From Bdellovibrionales bacterium (GTDB taxonomy: Bacteria; Bdellovibrionota; Bdellovibrionia; Bdellovibrionales; UBA1609), in contig CBDCMT010000001.1 of NCBI GenBank assembly GCA_965219095.1, positions 864,001-928,000 of the forward strand: a stretch of 64,000 nucleotides of DNA, written 5' to 3'. Both the position numbers and the translations under genes were made by a program. Of the stretch, positions 10,361 through 20,261 are shown piece by piece. Each line of letters starts with the position of its first letter. Within the stretch, counting starts at the first letter, position 1. Below the pieces are notes generated by a model that saw only the letters and a program-made list of their open reading frames with translations, had not been told where the DNA came from and made no database searches.

Positions 10361-10403
10361 TGAATTGCAGTTAGGTCTTAAAAAAAAGTGAAATTATAAA
10401 TAA

Positions 10404-10440
10404 AGAACCTCCGGGAACCCATAGATTCTTTTGAGGAGGC
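10404..10440 (+). mobile_element. ISL3 right-end stub
   Basis: Matches 34132-34168 of the intact ISL3. Confidence 0.85.
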
Positions 10441-10484
10441 GATTTTTAAAAGAAAAGATTGAACATCATAATCTAAAGAATGAA

Positions 10485-10680
10485 AACTAAAGCCTGTTGT
10501 TTGAACTCATCTGTGTATAAAAACTTTTACGATTTAAATTCTTTCCTATTTATTTCTTTCATGTTCAATGTTTGTTTCTGCTTTGGCTTACAGGCTCCTT
10601 TGGTTAGTTACTGATGCACTGCATTATTTCTTAGAAATTTCTTATTTTGAGTTCACTTTTTCAACCCAGTCCACTTTTTA
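10485..10680 (-). pseudogene. IS3-family left end and orfA fragment
   Basis: AAAAAGTGGAC IR core abutting the tRNA; RK..TDEFKQQAL-like degenerate orfA start. Confidence 0.5.
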
Positions 10681-10767
10681 TGGTCCCTCGGGGGAGAATC
10701 GAACTCCCATGCTCAAATGAACATACGATTTTGAGTCGTACGCGTCTACCAATTCCGCCACCGAGGG
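10681..10767 (-). tRNA. tRNA-Leu(CAA)
   Basis: Acceptor CCCTCGG/CCGAGGG, anticodon arm TACGA-CTCAAAA-TCGTA, long variable arm, GTTCGA, encoded CCA. Confidence 0.96.
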
Positions 10768-10971
10768 TTCTTAGTTAAAAAAATTACTTTACCATATAGA
10801 ATATTTACAATCTATTATTTATTTTATGAAAAGTTTGTAAAAAACTGTTAACATAAAGTGTAATTTTTTAACAACTATGGGCTAATAATGTTGAGTTTTT
10901 ATTTGTTTAGATTGTGTTACTTGTCATAAGCCTATGTGTTATAAAAATGAGATTTTGAAAGGAGGATCAAA

Positions 10972-12192
10972 ATGAAAAAAATTATAGAAAAGAAATCATT
11001 TTCTTACTTATTAGTGTTAGCGTCAATTTCTCTACTTTTTTCTTTAGTTACTTTCAAGCTTATTGGAGGAGAGGTTAATTTTGAAGAAGAGTTAAACGAA
11101 CCTTCATTTAGTAGCGAAAAGCTAGAAAGCTTGAATAAAAAAGTTCTAGAATATAGAGAAGAAGATGAAGTAGAAGGTTATGAGGTTTCCCCTAGAAAAC
11201 AAGCTTTACCCTTAAATTCGCAAGAAAACGAAGAAGAGGAACAAAGCTTTCAACCACAAACCGTGGTGGTGGAGGATACTCCTATTACAGAGGAGCAAAG
11301 AAAACGAAATAAAATTAATAAAATTCTTCAAAGAGTTCAGCAAAATACCAATGATGAAGCCACCAAGCAACTTAATTTACAAAGGATAGGTCATGAGGAA
11401 AAATTAATAAGTACCATTGATGAAGCTTTTAATCAAAAAAAAGAAAAGCCGGCTGTAAGTCAGCCCCAACAAACTGTTAAACCACAAAAATCTTCAAACC
11501 AAGAAGTCTCTGATTACGAGAAAGAGATTTCAGAAGCACAAAGAGATGCTGTCATAAACTCCATCCAAGAAGAAATTAGCACCCTTTCTAATAAGTTGTC
11601 AGAAAAGCCTTCTCGTTCTTACACCAACTATTTAAACTCTAAGCATTATATTGGTGGTTTGTTCAACTTCTATACCACCTATCCTCAAGTTCTTAACGTA
11701 GACTTCCGCTGGAGCGGTGGTTTGTCTGTGGGTTTGAGACTAGATGATCCAGGTTTTATTTTAGAAGGTAACTTCATTTACAGTGATTACTACTTAGATG
11801 ACAGAAGAGGCTTTAGTGAAGTCAAGCAATATAATTCTGAGTTGTTCTTAAAGTACTCTATTTTTCCTGAAAAAAGAGTGCGTCCTTATGGAGGTGTAGG
11901 ACTATCTTACACAGTAAGAAAGTACTACAATATAAGAAGCCCTTCTTTTTCTAGAAACATAGACAGTCAAGCTCATACAACATCGAGAGCTATTGACATG
12001 GGGGTTCAAGCAGGAGTCGATATTTTTGTACAAAGACGTATGTCTTTAGGCATAGAATATCGCTACTACTACAACATTAACCATGAATCTGACTCTGATT
12101 CCGTTTTTATTGACTTCTTTGGAATCAATAGAAACTCTCTAGAAAAACAAAGCTATAGTATGGTTTCTGCCGTTATGAGGCTTAATTTCTAA
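10972..12192 (+). CDS. Outer-membrane beta-barrel (OmpA/opacity-like) protein with long acidic N-terminal extension
   Basis: PYGGVG, G..AGVD, EYRYY strands, terminal Phe; AGGAGG RBS. Confidence 0.7.
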   Translation: MKKIIEKKSFSYLLVLASISLLFSLVTFKLIGGEVNFEEELNEPSFSSEKLESLNKKVLEYREEDEVEGYEVSPRKQALPLNSQENEEEEQSFQPQTVVVEDTPITEEQRKRNKINKILQRVQQNTNDEATKQLNLQRIGHEEKLISTIDEAFNQKKEKPAVSQPQQTVKPQKSSNQEVSDYEKEISEAQRDAVINSIQEEISTLSNKLSEKPSRSYTNYLNSKHYIGGLFNFYTTYPQVLNVDFRWSGGLSVGLRLDDPGFILEGNFIYSDYYLDDRRGFSEVKQYNSELFLKYSIFPEKRVRPYGGVGLSYTVRKYYNIRSPSFSRNIDSQAHTTSRAIDMGVQAGVDIFVQRRMSLGIEYRYYYNINHESDSDSVFIDFFGINRNSLEKQSYSMVSAVMRLNF

Positions 12193-12273
12193 AAACTACT
12201 TAAAAAGAGGCTTGTATTTTAAAAGGTTTTTTGATACTCTTTTTCAAGGATTCCATTATGAGAATGACTGGGG

Positions 12274-12831
12274 TTGTCTTTAGATAACCCTTTTTTAATG
12301 GCTCTTGAAAGGGAATTAAAGGAAGAAATGAAAATGCTAAAAGAGTATATGGACAAAATCGAAAAACTAGCCTCTCAAGTGGCCTTAGATCACAACTGTC
12401 TTCTCTATGACTTAGAGTTTAAGAACAGAACTTTAAGAGTTTTTATTGATAAAAAAAATCAGACTGTGAGCTTAGATCATTGTACTCAAGTCTCTGAAGA
12501 TCTGGGAAGGCTTCTTGATCAAGAAGATCTGAAAGATCTGATCAAAACCTCTTACGATCTAGAGGTTTCAAGCCCTGGTCTGGAAAAAATCTTAAAGAAG
12601 TCTTGGCATTTTGAACAATCTTTAGGGGAAACTATAAAAATTAATATGAATAGCAAATATGAAGGAGATCGTTATTTTGAAGGAAAGCTTTCTTATTTCA
12701 AAAACAACAACATCATTTTAGAGAAAGAAGAAACGACCTATACCCTTCCTTTAGAGTTCGTTCATAAAGCTCAGGTTGTCTTTCATAAAAAGGATCATCA
12801 AAAAAGACAAAAAAAAGAGGATAAGTTATGA
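12274..12831 (+). CDS. rimP: Ribosome maturation factor (true start probably a downstream ATG)
   Basis: LRVFID, YDLEVSSPG motifs; upstream of nusA. Confidence 0.93.
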   Translation: MSLDNPFLMALERELKEEMKMLKEYMDKIEKLASQVALDHNCLLYDLEFKNRTLRVFIDKKNQTVSLDHCTQVSEDLGRLLDQEDLKDLIKTSYDLEVSSPGLEKILKKSWHFEQSLGETIKINMNSKYEGDRYFEGKLSYFKNNNIILEKEETTYTLPLEFVHKAQVVFHKKDHQKRQKKEDKL

Positions 12832-14390
12832 CAACAGAAGTAAATTTTTCAGAGCTCAACAAGCTCATTGAGCTTTTAAGTAAGGAAAGAGGTGTTGAAA
12901 AGGCACTGATAACAGATGCTATGATTCAAGGAGTCTTAGCGGCAGCTAAGAAAAAATATGGAACTTATAGAGAGATTGAAGCTCAGTACAACGAAGAAAC
13001 AGGAGAGATTGAACTTTATGAGTTTAAAGAAGTTATTGAGGATGATAAATTTGTAGATGAAGAAATAGAAATTAAAATGTCTGAGGCTAAGCACCTTGAT
13101 CCAGAGGTTCAAGTTAATGACTTTTTAGGAACGAAATTAGATATGACGGGATTAGGACGTATAGCCGTTCAAACAGCTCGTCAAATCATGGGGAAAAAGG
13201 TGCGTGATGCTGAAAGAGAGATCATTTTTTCGGAATTTGAAAATAGAAAAGGAGAGATTGCTTCCGGGATTGCACGTCACGTGGAAAGAAGAAACATTGT
13301 TGTGGACTTAGGCAGAACAGAAGCACATATTCCCCCTAAAGATCAAATCCGAGGGGAGGTGTATAAACCGGGAGAACGTATTCAAGGTTATATCTTAGAT
13401 GTACGTCAAACAACAAGAGGACCTCAAATTGTCATGTCGCGATCTTGTAATGAGTATTTAATTAAGCTTTTTGAACAAGAAGTACCTGAACTCTTAGAAG
13501 GTTTAGTGGAAATTGTTTCTGTGGCAAGAGAACCCGGCCAAAGAGCTAAAGTCGCTGTCCGATCAAAAGATCCTGATATTGATCCTGTGGGATCTTGTGT
13601 TGGTATGAAAGGAAGCCGTATTCAAAATGTCATTCAAGAATTAGGTGGAGAAAAAATTGATGTTGTCCTTTATGATGAAGGCACAGTACAGTCTGTATGT
13701 AACGCCCTTTCTCCTGCAGATATTACAGAAGTTTTTCTCAACGAAGATGAAAGGTCTATGGAAGTGATTGTAGCAGAAAACCAACTAAGCCTTGCTATAG
13801 GAAAAAAAGGACAAAATGTGAGACTTGCGGCTAAGCTTACAGGTTGGAAATTAGACATCATCTCTGAAGACGAAGCTAAAAACAGAATGGCTGAGTCTAT
13901 CTTCAATATCATGCTGATTCCTGGAATGACGGAAACTATGGCTCAAAACTTTTTTCAATCAGGTTATCCTTCTTTTCAGGAACTGGCTAAATCCTCTTTG
14001 GATATGATCACAAAAGTCCCTGGCTATGAAAAACAAGAGGATGCTAAAAGAATTATAGAGGAGGCTCAGAAACTTTGTGAATACTATAAGGATAAGGAAA
14101 TTCCTACTAAATTCAAAAAGAAAACAAGTGAAAAAGTAACCGATGTTCATTCTGAAGCCGAAAGGAAGCTAAAAGAAGAAATGTCTAAGCTGGAAAGTGA
14201 AAATCAAAAAAGCGAGAGTCGAAAAAGTGAAAAGAAAGGAAATAAGCCTGAAGAAAAGGATAGCCAACAAGTCACAAAAATTCAAGAAGAAACAACACCG
14301 CAGAACCCTCAAACACAAGTCTCTCAGACAATAAACACTCAAGCTGTGTTAGAAAAAAAAGAAGAAACAGGAGAGAAAAAGAAAAACTAA
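12828..14390 (+). CDS. nusA: Transcription factor NusA with long charged tail
   Basis: S1/KH motifs AREPG.RAK, DPVGSCVG, AIGKKGQNVRLA. Confidence 0.97.
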   Translation: MTTEVNFSELNKLIELLSKERGVEKALITDAMIQGVLAAAKKKYGTYREIEAQYNEETGEIELYEFKEVIEDDKFVDEEIEIKMSEAKHLDPEVQVNDFLGTKLDMTGLGRIAVQTARQIMGKKVRDAEREIIFSEFENRKGEIASGIARHVERRNIVVDLGRTEAHIPPKDQIRGEVYKPGERIQGYILDVRQTTRGPQIVMSRSCNEYLIKLFEQEVPELLEGLVEIVSVAREPGQRAKVAVRSKDPDIDPVGSCVGMKGSRIQNVIQELGGEKIDVVLYDEGTVQSVCNALSPADITEVFLNEDERSMEVIVAENQLSLAIGKKGQNVRLAAKLTGWKLDIISEDEAKNRMAESIFNIMLIPGMTETMAQNFFQSGYPSFQELAKSSLDMITKVPGYEKQEDAKRIIEEAQKLCEYYKDKEIPTKFKKKTSEKVTDVHSEAERKLKEEMSKLESENQKSESRKSEKKGNKPEEKDSQQVTKIQEETTPQNPQTQVSQTINTQAVLEKKEETGEKKKN

Positions 14391-14396
14391 AACAAT

Positions 14397-16880
14397 ATGA
14401 AAGTTTACGATCTAGCAAAAGAACTTAAAATGGAGACTTTAGTCCTGATGGATCAAATCCGTCAACTTAAGATTCCTGTAAAAAGTCATATGTCATCTCT
14501 TGACGATGAAACATTAGCAACCATTCGTAAATTTTTTTCTGAACAAAACTTCCATAAGAAAAAGACAAAGAAAAAGACAAAAAAGAAAACAACAAAAAAG
14601 AAAGTTACACCAAAAATTCCCACAGCAAAAGTAAGAACTCCTATTACAGCTAAAAAAACGAGTCAGAATGAAAGTCTATCAACTCCTTCACAAAAAAAAG
14701 TTTTAAAAAGTAGAACCATCATTCGTAGAAAAAAAGAAGATATGGCTCCTCCTAAAGAAATTGAAAAAACATCTTTTCTCAAGAAAGAGATTGAAGTTGA
14801 TTCAACTCATACTTCAGAAAAAGTTACAAACTCTGTAACAGATACATCTTCCACAGATACTTCTCCTAATATCAAAAGACGTAACATTCGTTCAGGGTTT
14901 GTTGTGGCTCCTTCTCTAGAAGCAGAAGAAAAGAATGCTAAAGAAAAGGCTGAGATTGCTAGGAAGAAGCCTGTAAAAAAACCCCAAATTCAAGCTCATT
15001 TTCTAAGCTCAGACTTCAAAAAAAGAGAAGTTGTCTTCCAGCCTAAGCAAAAAAAGAACATTCCTCTTAAAAATTTAAAGAAAACAGAAATTACAACTCC
15101 TAAATCCTCAAAAAGGGTTGTAAAAATGTATGAAACGATCGAACTTAATGAATTAGCTCAACAAATTAAAATTAAAAATAGGGAGTTGATAAAAAAATTA
15201 AAAGAAAGTGGTTTAGAGACAAGTCAGGAGAGCTTATTGGATTTAAATACAGTAGAATTTATAGCTTCTGACTTTGGCTTTGAAGTTCAAAACCTTCATA
15301 GAACTTTTAAAGATACTTTAGAAGAGGTGAGAGGTCAAAGGGAAAACGCTTCTGAAACAGTGATCAAGCCCCCTGTGGTAACAGTCATGGGCCATGTGGA
15401 TCATGGAAAAACCACACTTCTGGATGCTCTTCGTAAAACAAATATGGTCAAACAAGAGGCCGGGGGAATCACACAGCATATAGGAGCTTATATGGTGATC
15501 ACAGAAAATAAAAAAACCATCACTTTTATCGATACTCCCGGACATCAAGCCTTTACAGCAATGAGAGAGAGGGGAGCTCATATTACAGATATTGTGATTC
15601 TTGTTGTGGCTGCTGATGATGGTGTCATGCCTCAAACTATAGAAGCTTTAAACCATGCAAAAGCAGCTAAAGTTCCAATCATTGTAGCTGTTAATAAAAT
15701 CGACAAACCCGGTGCCAGTACAGATAAAATCAAACAAACTTTAGGAGAGTATGAGCTTTTAGCAGAAGAATGGGGAGGAGAGACCATTTACTGTGAAGTT
15801 TCTGCCACTAAAAAACAAGGACTCAAAGAACTTTTAGAACAGATTGATCTTTTAGCTGAAATTTTAGAATTAAAAGCCCATCCTAAAAGTTTAGCAAAAG
15901 GTGTGGTTATTGAAAGTCGATTTGAAAAAGGGCAAGGTCCTGTGGCAACTTTACTTGTACAGGATGGTACTTTAAGAAAGTCAGATCCTATTGTGTGTGG
16001 AGATGTTCATTCAAAAATTCGTGTTATGGTAAATGATAAGGGGGAAAAAGTCAACCATATCTTATGTGGTCATCCTGTTGAGATTTCAGGTTTTGAAAAA
16101 CCTCTACAAGCAGGGGAAAATTTTTATGCTTGTAAAACTGAAAAAGAGGCTAAAAAACTTTCAGAAACCTTTAAAAAAGAAACCCAAGAAGAAACTACAA
16201 AAGAGGACTCTGAACAAGAAGACATTTTTGCTAAACTTAAAAAGAAAGAAGTTAAAGAGCTTCCTATTATCCTTAAAGCTGATGTAGCAGGAAGCTTAGA
16301 GGCTATTAAGAATTCTCTTGAAAAACTCAATGAAGCCACCAGTGAAGTGGATCTACGTATAATTCATTCTGGAGTGGGAGCTATTGCTGAGTCAGACATT
16401 TTACTCATTTCAACTCTTAAAGGAATTGTTCTAGGTTTCAATGTAAGACCTGATAGTGGAGCCCATCAAAAAGCTAAACAAAAAACAGTTTCTGTTCATT
16501 GTTACAAAGTCATTTACGAACTTCTTGATGATGTGAAAAAAATGTTAAAAGATATGTTAAGCCCCGATGAAAAAGAATCTGTTACAGGGACTGTTGAAGT
16601 CAGAGAGATTTTTCCTATTACTAAGCAAGGCACTATTGCAGGATGTTTTGTTACCTCGGGGAAAATCACTCGTAACAGTCGCTTACGACTTTTAAGACAA
16701 GGACGTATGATTTACGAAGGAAAACTTAAAAGCCTTCGACGTTTCAAAGATGACGTCAAAGAAGTGGCATCGAATTATGAGTGTGGTCTTATTATTGAAA
16801 ATTACAATGATATTAAAGTAGGTGATGTCATTGAAGCTTTTATTATTGAAGTCGTTAAAAAGGATCTGGATTTCTCATGA
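14397..16880 (+). CDS. infB: Translation initiation factor IF-2
   Basis: MGHVDHGKTTL, GITQHIGA, DTPGH, NKID. Confidence 0.98.
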   Translation: MKVYDLAKELKMETLVLMDQIRQLKIPVKSHMSSLDDETLATIRKFFSEQNFHKKKTKKKTKKKTTKKKVTPKIPTAKVRTPITAKKTSQNESLSTPSQKKVLKSRTIIRRKKEDMAPPKEIEKTSFLKKEIEVDSTHTSEKVTNSVTDTSSTDTSPNIKRRNIRSGFVVAPSLEAEEKNAKEKAEIARKKPVKKPQIQAHFLSSDFKKREVVFQPKQKKNIPLKNLKKTEITTPKSSKRVVKMYETIELNELAQQIKIKNRELIKKLKESGLETSQESLLDLNTVEFIASDFGFEVQNLHRTFKDTLEEVRGQRENASETVIKPPVVTVMGHVDHGKTTLLDALRKTNMVKQEAGGITQHIGAYMVITENKKTITFIDTPGHQAFTAMRERGAHITDIVILVVAADDGVMPQTIEALNHAKAAKVPIIVAVNKIDKPGASTDKIKQTLGEYELLAEEWGGETIYCEVSATKKQGLKELLEQIDLLAEILELKAHPKSLAKGVVIESRFEKGQGPVATLLVQDGTLRKSDPIVCGDVHSKIRVMVNDKGEKVNHILCGHPVEISGFEKPLQAGENFYACKTEKEAKKLSETFKKETQEETTKEDSEQEDIFAKLKKKEVKELPIILKADVAGSLEAIKNSLEKLNEATSEVDLRIIHSGVGAIAESDILLISTLKGIVLGFNVRPDSGAHQKAKQKTVSVHCYKVIYELLDDVKKMLKDMLSPDEKESVTGTVEVREIFPITKQGTIAGCFVTSGKITRNSRLRLLRQGRMIYEGKLKSLRRFKDDVKEVASNYECGLIIENYNDIKVGDVIEAFIIEVVKKDLDFS

Positions 16881-17806
16881 ATTTAAGTTCCTACAATGGT
16901 ATTTTACTAGTTAATAAACCTTCTGGACTGACAAGCCATGACTTAGTCCTCCATGTCAGAAAAACTCTTAAACAAAAAACAATAGGTCATACAGGGACTT
17001 TAGACCCTTTTGCTTCAGGGCTTATGGTTTTAGTCTTAGGAAAGGCTACAAAAATTTCAGATCACTTAAGAGATAAGCAAAAATCTTACACTTTAACAGT
17101 TAAGTTAGGCTTTACCACAGACACCTTGGATAAAACGGGGCAAATAAGCGGACCCTATCCTCTTGTTCAAGACAAAAGGCAAATAGAAAAAGCTTTAGAG
17201 GGAATGGAAGGGCATATGAAGCTTCCTGTTCCTAAATTCTCAGCCATGAAAATTAAGGGTAAAAAACTTTACGAATACGCAAGAAAAGGAGAAGATATAG
17301 AACTTCCTCTGAAAACAATGAATTTTTTTGATATGAAAATTCACAGTATAAAACTTGATGAAATAAGTTTAAGTTTAAAATGCTCTAAGGGAAGCTATAT
17401 TCGTTCTTGGGTTGAAGCTTTGGGAAAAAAGCTTCAATCAGGTGGTTTCGTAGAATCTCTTTGTCGCACTCATGTGGCAGATTTTGAATTGACACAGGCT
17501 GTGGATCTTAAAGAGCTTTTGCCACTGCATTTTTCAAAGCTTTCTAAAAAAAGCTTTTACCCTTTGGAAGAACTTTTTTCTGATTCTAAAAGCCTGTGGG
17601 TGAATTCAAAAGAACAACGTTTGATGTTAAATGGGCAGATAGCCTATTCTCTTAAAAACCGCCTTGTCATAGAGCAGAAAAAAGCCAATCGTTCAGACAA
17701 GATAAGACCTGTGAGAGTTCTCAGTGAAGAGACAGGAGAGCTTTTAAGCTTCTTAGAGCTTGTACCGAGGAAAAAGCCTAAAATCCACAGTCTTTTTAAC
17801 CATTGA
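16877..17806 (+). CDS. truB: tRNA pseudouridine 55 synthase
   Basis: GHTGTLDPFASG, CSKGSYIRS. Confidence 0.96.
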   Translation: MNLSSYNGILLVNKPSGLTSHDLVLHVRKTLKQKTIGHTGTLDPFASGLMVLVLGKATKISDHLRDKQKSYTLTVKLGFTTDTLDKTGQISGPYPLVQDKRQIEKALEGMEGHMKLPVPKFSAMKIKGKKLYEYARKGEDIELPLKTMNFFDMKIHSIKLDEISLSLKCSKGSYIRSWVEALGKKLQSGGFVESLCRTHVADFELTQAVDLKELLPLHFSKLSKKSFYPLEELFSDSKSLWVNSKEQRLMLNGQIAYSLKNRLVIEQKKANRSDKIRPVRVLSEETGELLSFLELVPRKKPKIHSLFNH

Positions 17807-17862
17807 CAAAGTTTACTGTATTGACTAAGTTAAGTTGAGTGGGCTTCAAGTAGGAGGAATAG

Positions 17863-18129
17863 ATGTTACAGAAACAGCAAAAAGAACAAATCGTCAACCA
17901 ATTCAAAAACTATGATTTAGATACAGGAAATCTTAAAGTCCAAGTTGCTCTTTTAACAGAGCGTATCAGGGAGTTGACAGAACACTTTAAAATTCATAAA
18001 AAAGACTTTCACGGTCAAAGAGGGCTTGTGAACTTGGTCAATCGTCGTGTGAAGCTTCTTAAGTATTTAAAGCGAAAAAATGAAAGTAAGTATCGTGATT
18101 TGATTTCAAAACTGAATCTAAGAAAATAA
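17863..18129 (+). CDS. rpsO: 30S ribosomal protein S15
   Basis: DTG..VQVALLT.RI..L..H...HKKD.H. Confidence 0.97.
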   Translation: MLQKQQKEQIVNQFKNYDLDTGNLKVQVALLTERIRELTEHFKIHKKDFHGQRGLVNLVNRRVKLLKYLKRKNESKYRDLISKLNLRK

Positions 18130-18151
18130 TATAACATAAGGAATAAAAATT

Positions 18152-20254
18152 ATGAAGTTAGAAAATTTTGAGTTTTCTTTTTGTGGAAAGAAAATAACTT
18201 TAGAAACAGGAGAGATAGCATCACAGGCAGATGCTTCAATGTTTGTAAAATGTGGAGATAATCGTATTTTAGTCACCGTAATCTCTGATACTAAAGAATC
18301 ACAATCTGATTTTTTTCCTCTCACAGTGGAGTACACAGAAAAGTTCTTTTCTACAGGAAGAATTCCTGGAGGTTATTTTAAAAGAGAGGGTCGCCCTGCT
18401 AATGAATCCATTCTCGTATGCCGTTTGATTGATCGTCCTATGAGACCATGCTTTCCTGAGGGCTATCGTCAAGAAACTCAAATTGTAGCTACAGTGTTAA
18501 GTTCTGATAGTCAATTTCCCTTACCCATTTTAGCTACCTTAGGAGCTTCAGCAGCTTGTCACATTTCAAACATTCCTTTTGATGGGCCTATTGCTTCTGT
18601 TCAGGTTGCAGAAATTGATGGTCAACTTGTAGGTAACCCCAGTTTAGAGTCTTTAGAAAAAAGCACTCTTAACATGATTGTATCAGGAACGTCTGAAGGT
18701 CTTCTCATGGTAGAAGCAGGAGCTCAATTTATAGAAGAAAAAAGAGTGATGGAAGCTTTAAAGTTTGCTCATAAGTCCTTAACGACAGCTTTAGATGTTC
18801 AAAACGAAATGAGAAAAAAGCTGGGAGAAAAGAAAAGAGAGTTTTTGCCTCCTCGTATTGATGAAAAGTTCATCACAGATGTGAAAAATTTCGCTACTCC
18901 TCTTTTAAGCCAAGCTCTTAAAACTCCGGAAAAAAAGAAACGATACGAACAAATCAAAGAAGCTTTGAGTAAAACCTTTGAAGAATTTACTGAAACCTCT
19001 GAAAACTCTGAGTCTGAATTAAAAGAACATGAAAATCAAGTTACTCAAGCTTTTAATGATCTAAAGTACAAATTAGCTAGAGACATGATCTTAAAAGAAA
19101 AAACACGTATTGATGGACGAAATTTTACTTCAGTAAGAAATATTAATTGTAGGGTGGGACTTTTGCCGAGAGTTCATGGTTCCAGTCTTTTTACAAGAGG
19201 AGAAACTCAAGTGATGGGATCTGTGACTTTAGGAACAAGTCTTGATGAACAAATGATTGATTCCCTTCATGGCTTAGTGAAAAAACAATTCATGCTTCAT
19301 TATAACTTCCCTCCTTACTCTGTAGGAGAGGTGGGACGTATGGGAGGACAAAGTCGTAGAGAAATAGGTCATGGGTTTTTAGCGGAAAAAGCTCTCTCGG
19401 CTGTTTTGCCTGAGCACAAAGATTTTCCCTACACAGTTCGTCTTGTAGGAGATGTTATGTCTTCTAATGGTTCAAGCTCTATGGGAACTGTATGTGCTGG
19501 ACTCTTAGCTTTCTTAGATGCTGGTATTCCCATAAAAGAAAATGTAGCAGGAATTGCTATGGGACTTGTTAAAGAAGATGATAATTTAGCTATCTTAAGC
19601 GATATTTTAGGTGATGAAGATCACCTAGGTGATATGGACTTTAAAGTTGCAGGAGGATTTTCCGGCATCACAGCTTTACAAATGGATATTAAAGTTAAAA
19701 GTCTTTCCTTTGAGATCATAGAAAAAGCTCTTTTTCAAGCACTTGAGGGAAGATGTTATATCCTTAAGGAGATGGAAAAAGTAATTCAAGAGCCTCGCAA
19801 AGACATCTCTCAGTATGCACCTCGAATCACAACCATTCAAATTAACCCTGAAAAAGTAAGAGAAGTGATTGGTGTAGGAGGAAAAGTTATAAGACAAATT
19901 ACTGAGGAATCGGGAGCTCGTATTACTATTGAAGATGATGGTCGGATTCATGTGGCTTCTTCTGATCCTAAATCAAGTCAGGTGGCTATTGATAAAATAC
20001 AAGCCATTTGTGCTGAAGCTGAAGTGGGAAAAACTTACAAGGGTAGAATCACTAAAATTACAGAGTTTGGAGCTTTTGTAGAAATTTTACCTAATACAAG
20101 TGGTCTTTTACACATTTCAGAGATCGCTCATAAAAGAATTCGCAAAGTATCAGATGTCTTAAAAGAAGGAGAAGAAGTAGAAGTGAAAGTGTTAGATGTA
20201 GATCGTTCGGGTCGTATCCGTTTGAGTAGAAAAGCACTTATAAAGACTCATTAG
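18152..20254 (+). CDS. pnp: Polyribonucleotide nucleotidyltransferase
   Basis: FFPLTV, RREIGHG, SNGSSSM, DMDFKVAG, KH and S1 domains. Confidence 0.98.
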   Translation: MKLENFEFSFCGKKITLETGEIASQADASMFVKCGDNRILVTVISDTKESQSDFFPLTVEYTEKFFSTGRIPGGYFKREGRPANESILVCRLIDRPMRPCFPEGYRQETQIVATVLSSDSQFPLPILATLGASAACHISNIPFDGPIASVQVAEIDGQLVGNPSLESLEKSTLNMIVSGTSEGLLMVEAGAQFIEEKRVMEALKFAHKSLTTALDVQNEMRKKLGEKKREFLPPRIDEKFITDVKNFATPLLSQALKTPEKKKRYEQIKEALSKTFEEFTETSENSESELKEHENQVTQAFNDLKYKLARDMILKEKTRIDGRNFTSVRNINCRVGLLPRVHGSSLFTRGETQVMGSVTLGTSLDEQMIDSLHGLVKKQFMLHYNFPPYSVGEVGRMGGQSRREIGHGFLAEKALSAVLPEHKDFPYTVRLVGDVMSSNGSSSMGTVCAGLLAFLDAGIPIKENVAGIAMGLVKEDDNLAILSDILGDEDHLGDMDFKVAGGFSGITALQMDIKVKSLSFEIIEKALFQALEGRCYILKEMEKVIQEPRKDISQYAPRITTIQINPEKVREVIGVGGKVIRQITEESGARITIEDDGRIHVASSDPKSSQVAIDKIQAICAEAEVGKTYKGRITKITEFGAFVEILPNTSGLLHISEIAHKRIRKVSDVLKEGEEVEVKVLDVDRSGRIRLSRKALIKTH

Positions 20255-20261
20255 TTTAAAA

